A stretch of 24,000 bases of DNA from Patescibacteria group bacterium (GTDB taxonomy: Bacteria; Patescibacteriota; Minisyncoccia; UBA6257; UBA9933): assembly GCA_031432155.1 (NCBI GenBank), contig JASJPP010000028.1, positions 1 through 24,000 of the forward strand, read 5' to 3'. Both the position numbers and the translations under genes were made by a program. Shown one piece after another: positions 20,542 through 24,000 of this stretch. The notes under the pieces were generated by a model, which saw only the letters and a program-made list of their open reading frames with translations, did no database searches and was not told the DNA's origin. Each line of letters starts with the position of its first letter. Position 1 is the first letter of the stretch.

Positions 20542-22146
20542 ATGCGCGAAAAAACACATTCCCGCAAAGGATATCTTTTTATTGAGGCGATGGTCGCCAT
20601 CAGTATTATTATTCTCGGAATTTTGGGAATGGTTGTTCTTCTTTCGCGTTCGTTGAGCATTAATCGGGTGATAAGCGATCAGTTTGACGCTTCTTATCTG
20701 GCCAGTGAAGGCATTGAGGTTGTCAAAAACATCATTGATGCCAACGTCATTCAGGGAAGGCCGTGGAACGACGGCCTTGGCAACGGCGATTTTGAAATCG
20801 TTTATAACAGTTTGATCATGGAACCGGATTCCAATCGTTATCTTTTGTTTGATTCCGGCACCGGCCGTTTCAATTATCAGACCGGCTCCTTAACGTTTTT
20901 TGTCAGAACGGTTTCTTTGGAGCAGATTGACGATGATTGCGTTCCCGGAGCGGAAAGAATAAGAGTTAATTCTTTGGTTGAGTGGAGAACCCGCGGCGGC
21001 GGAGATTTTAAAATTGATCTGGAAGATAATTTTTTTGATTGGCGGAGCGGCGGCGCGGTTGTTTGTGGCGCCGGTCCGGGGCCTGGTCCCGGCCCGGTTT
21101 CCAATTGTATCGGCAGCGGCGCGGTTAATCACGCCGGCGCCGATTGGACGCCGAATTCCGGCGATTTTATCTGCGGTCTTCACACAAACATTAATAATTT
21201 CAGAATTAACGGCGGCGATACGGTTTACGTTACTCCTTATGACGGCGTTAATTCAAATTATGGATTTTTGGAAGTTCAGGCGAATAATAACGCGCAAATT
21301 TTGGGGACTTTAACGGCTTCCGGCGCAGGATATGGAGGAGGAGGGGGAGGAGGGGGAGGGGGAGCAAACTCTAGCGTAGGAGGAACTGGGGGATCCGGAG
21401 TTTCCGGAGGTGCAACGGGAAATGCGGGTGGAACTAGCAGCGGCGATCCCGGCGCGTCTGGCGGTTCGGGCGGCGGCGGAGGTGGATCTTATGGCGGCGG
21501 AAGCGGATTTGCCGGAGGACCAGGAAATCCCGGCGCAAATGGCAGCGCAGGCGGTATGGGCGGTTACGCGATTGTGGGCGGTAATGGCGATTCTTCAACT
21601 AACGAATTTCTCAATATCGGCTCTGGCGGAGGCGGCGGAGGAGGCGGCGGCGGCGGAAACGCAAGTTGGCCTTATGGCGGATCCGGCGCCGGAGGTGGCG
21701 GAGGCGGCAATCGCGGCGGCGGTCAAATTATGCTTCGCGCTACTGCCTTGTTAATTATTTCTGGAATCGTAAATACAACGGGAGAATTTGCTGCTACCGG
21801 AAATGGTGGCGGAGGAGATTGGGTTTCAGGATCCGGCGGCGGAGGCGGTTCCGCAAGCGGTGTTGGGGCATCAAATGGCGGTGCCGGAGGAGTAAATGGA
21901 TTTACCGCGGCCACCGACGGCGGAAACGGCGGTTCTGGCGCCGCCGGCGCCGGCGGCGGCGTATTGTTAAAAGGCAATCAAGTAAATATTGCCGGCGGAT
22001 CGACGATTGACGCCCGGGGCGGCGGAGGTCTTTCCGCTAACGGCGGAACCCTGAAAATTTTTTCCGATAATTTGATCAACAACGGTTCCGTTTTGAGCGG
22101 CGCGCTTTGCGCCGGCCCTTATTCCGGGCCGTGCGTGTATCAATAA
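20542..22146 (+). CDS. Pilin-like protein (PilV/GspI-like N-terminus) fused to a ~350-aa glycine-rich, beta-helix-like C-terminal domain
   Basis: The prepilin-like signal is KG|YLFIEAMVAISIIILGILGMVVLL, with Glu at +5. The C-terminal region has runs of 9-13 Gly, GGxGG repeats and an ending ..VNIAGGSTIDARGGGGLSANGGTLKIFSDNLINNGSV. Local GC is clearly higher than the surroundings. Confidence 0.7.
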   Translation: MREKTHSRKGYLFIEAMVAISIIILGILGMVVLLSRSLSINRVISDQFDASYLASEGIEVVKNIIDANVIQGRPWNDGLGNGDFEIVYNSLIMEPDSNRYLLFDSGTGRFNYQTGSLTFFVRTVSLEQIDDDCVPGAERIRVNSLVEWRTRGGGDFKIDLEDNFFDWRSGGAVVCGAGPGPGPGPVSNCIGSGAVNHAGADWTPNSGDFICGLHTNINNFRINGGDTVYVTPYDGVNSNYGFLEVQANNNAQILGTLTASGAGYGGGGGGGGGGANSSVGGTGGSGVSGGATGNAGGTSSGDPGASGGSGGGGGGSYGGGSGFAGGPGNPGANGSAGGMGGYAIVGGNGDSSTNEFLNIGSGGGGGGGGGGGNASWPYGGSGAGGGGGGNRGGGQIMLRATALLIISGIVNTTGEFAATGNGGGGDWVSGSGGGGGSASGVGASNGGAGGVNGFTAATDGGNGGSGAAGAGGGVLLKGNQVNIAGGSTIDARGGGGLSANGGTLKIFSDNLINNGSVLSGALCAGPYSGPCVYQ

Positions 22147-22150
22147 TAAA

Positions 22151-22726
22151 ATGCTTATTAATTTTAAATCAAAAAACGGATACACATTGGTTGAGTTGCT
22201 GGTGGCAATGGCTTTGTTTTTGATCGTTCTTTCAATCATTTCCGGGCTTTTCATAAAATCGATGAATAACCAGCGCGCGGCCGTCAATCTGCTGGAAGTC
22301 AACGACAGCGTCAGTTTTTCCATAGAGCAGATGGCGAGAGAAATCAGAACCGGATATTATTTTTGCACAAACGATTATCCGATTTCTTTTCCGCCTTATC
22401 CGGGATATCCGGACTGCGGATTACTGGGAGACGACGAACTTCAATTCGTCAACGCTTTCAATCAGGTTGTCTGGTATCGCTTGAATAACGAAGCGATTGA
22501 AAGGGGAATTGAAGACCCTTCCACATTAATAAGAACTTACACGTCGATAACCACAACCAACGTCAAAGTGAAACGTTTTAACGTCGAGCTTATCGGCAAT
22601 AATCTTAATGACGGTTATCCGCCGAGAATTATTATAAGTTTGGCCATTGCCGCCACCGAGAAAAATCTGGAAAATTTCGTCACAAACATTCAAACGACAA
22701 TCAGCGCCCGGCTTTTGGACAGCTGA
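22151..22726 (+). CDS. Minor pilin-like protein (PilW/GspJ-like)
   Basis: The prepilin signal is NGYTLVELLVAMALFLIVLSIISGLF, followed by the ..SIEQMAREIRTGY motif typical of PilW/GspJ-type pseudopilins. Confidence 0.7.
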   Translation: MLINFKSKNGYTLVELLVAMALFLIVLSIISGLFIKSMNNQRAAVNLLEVNDSVSFSIEQMAREIRTGYYFCTNDYPISFPPYPGYPDCGLLGDDELQFVNAFNQVVWYRLNNEAIERGIEDPSTLIRTYTSITTTNVKVKRFNVELIGNNLNDGYPPRIIISLAIAATEKNLENFVTNIQTTISARLLDS

Positions 22727-22805
22727 TGGACGTTTCCATTTGCTTTAAAAGTTAATTTTTGATAATATAATAATACCCGAACAGGGGTTATTTTTAACGT
22801 AAAAT

Positions 22806-24000
22806 ATGGCAAAAAACGAATTAAAAGAATCGAAATCTTCCTATGAGGCCAAGGATATTTATGTTTTAGAGGGCCTGGAGCCGGTTCGCAAAAGACCGGG
22901 AATGTATATCGGTTCAACCGGCGTTGACGGCCTGCATCATTTGATTTGGGAGGTGATGGATAATTCTTTGGACGAAGCGATGGCGGGTTACGCCAAAAAT
23001 ATCAAAGTTGAACTTTTGGAGGGCAACAGGGTGGCGATAACCGACGACGGGCGCGGCATTCCGGTTGATATTCATCCCCAAACCAAAAAATCGGCTCTGG
23101 AAACCGTAATGACGACTCTCCACGCCGGCGGCAAATTCGGCGGCGAATCTTACAAAATTTCCGGCGGGCTTCACGGCGTCGGCGTTTCGGTGGTTAACGC
23201 TCTTTCAAAATGGCTGAGAGTTGAAGTTTGCCGCGACGGTGTTCTTTATTCACAGGAATACAAGAAAGGCGAAGCGCAATATAAAGTCAAAAAAGAAGGC
23301 AAGTGCGATCAAAACGGCACGAAAGTAATTTTTGATTCCGATCCGGAAATTTTTTCAAAAATCGAGTTTGACAGAAAAAGAATCATTGACCATTTGCGGC
23401 AACAGGCGTTTTTAACTCGCGGCGTGAAAATAGAAATTGTTGATTCCCGCGACAATCAGCCGGCCGGCGGACAGTTTTATTACGCTTTTTATTTTGAAGG
23501 CGGACTTTTTTCTTTTATCAACTATCTTAACCAAACGAACGAGTCGATTCAAAAAGAAAATTTTTACGTTCAAAAAGTTCACTCTGAAAGCGGCATAGAA
23601 GTGGAAGCGGCTTTCGTTTATAATCGGCAGATTGAGATTCAGGAATTAAGTTTCGCCAATAATATCTACACGCCGGACGGCGGAGCGCATCTTACCGGAT
23701 TTCGTTCGGCTTTAACCAGAGTTCTTAACGATTACGCGAGGGGCAATAATTACATTAAAAACAGCGACGAGAATTTAAGCGGCGATGACGTGCGGGAAGG
23801 TTTAACGGCGATTATTTCGGTTAAACTTCGCGAGCCGCAGTTTGAAGGCCAAACCAAAGCGCGACTGGGCAATCCTTCGGCGCGGACGGCGGTGGAGGCC
23901 GTCGTGAGCGAATCCCTAAAGGAATTTTTGGAAAAATATTCTTCCGATGCCAGAGCGATAATTGAAAAATGCCTTTTGGCGCAGAAGGCCAGAAAAGCCG
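22806..24000 (+). CDS. gyrB: DNA gyrase subunit B, 5' partial (runs off the window)
   Basis: My own translation from ATG 22806 is MAKNELKESKSSYEAKDIYVLEGLEPVRKRPGMYIGSTG..HHLIWEVMDNSLDEAMAGYA..DDGRGIPVD..LHAGGKF..SGGLHGVGVSVVNALS, the canonical GHKL ATPase motifs of GyrB. It is absent from the ORF track because there is no stop in the window. Confidence 0.93.
   Translation, partial: MAKNELKESKSSYEAKDIYVLEGLEPVRKRPGMYIGSTGVDGLHHLIWEVMDNSLDEAMAGYAKNIKVELLEGNRVAITDDGRGIPVDIHPQTKKSALETVMTTLHAGGKFGGESYKISGGLHGVGVSVVNALSKWLRVEVCRDGVLYSQEYKKGEAQYKVKKEGKCDQNGTKVIFDSDPEIFSKIEFDRKRIIDHLRQQAFLTRGVKIEIVDSRDNQPAGGQFYYAFYFEGGLFSFINYLNQTNESIQKENFYVQKVHSESGIEVEAAFVYNRQIEIQELSFANNIYTPDGGAHLTGFRSALTRVLNDYARGNNYIKNSDENLSGDDVREGLTAIISVKLREPQFEGQTKARLGNPSARTAVEAVVSESLKEFLEKYSSDARAIIEKCLLAQKARKA

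Noticed and set aside
20877-22323. Multiple alternative-frame and antisense ORFs across the glycine-rich gene (for example 21410..21754, 21666..22010, 21723..21977, 21967..22323)
   Set aside because: GGN-repeat DNA is open in most frames. These ORFs translate to poly-Ala/Arg/Pro strings and lack starts with genomic context.
22690-23174. Minus-strand ORFs 22690..22917 and 22914..23174
   Set aside because: They are antisense to the unmistakable gyrB reading frame that starts at 22806.

Overview
This window reads as a small, gene-dense, rather AT-rich bacterial genome. The gene content (secretin-less type IV pilus cluster, comFC, tgt, uppS, short intergenic regions) fits a Patescibacteria/CPR-like organism, but that is inference without any database search. 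The layout has three parts. (1) 1-580 is a tRNA cluster: Ser-CGA and Arg-CCT on the minus strand, Ala-GGC on the plus strand. (2) 577-7466 is a roughly 6.9 kb integrative element inserted at the 3' end of tRNA-Ala(GGC). It encodes a large serine recombinase and a visibly AT-richer four-gene cargo: an HprK-like kinase, a frameshifted DHQS-like sugar-phosphate cyclase, an AadA-like nucleotidyltransferase and a Nudix-GT2 fusion. The element has an unusual architecture. The same 5-bp core CCACA occurs at three junctions (577, 2323 inverted, 7462). The internal junction is an exact inverted copy of the joined element ends, so it looks like an attP. This creates two nested pairs of perfect inverted repeats: 133 bp flanking the recombinase gene and 366 bp flanking the cargo. 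The 366-bp repeat holds a dense set of long-range perfect helices (candidate structured RNA plus terminator). It also carries an outward-facing extended -10 promoter whose predicted start sits on the crossover core. (3) 7467-24000 is host core: ydcF-like, uppS, tRNA-Ala(TGC), tRNA-Ser(TGA), tgt, comFC, a complete pilMNO-pilB-pilT-pilC-pilin-pilD cluster, and three minor-pilin-like genes, one carrying a ~350-aa poly-glycine/beta-helix-like domain. The 5' part of gyrB follows. All product calls rest on motifs I recognise in the translations. No searches, folding or statistics were run.
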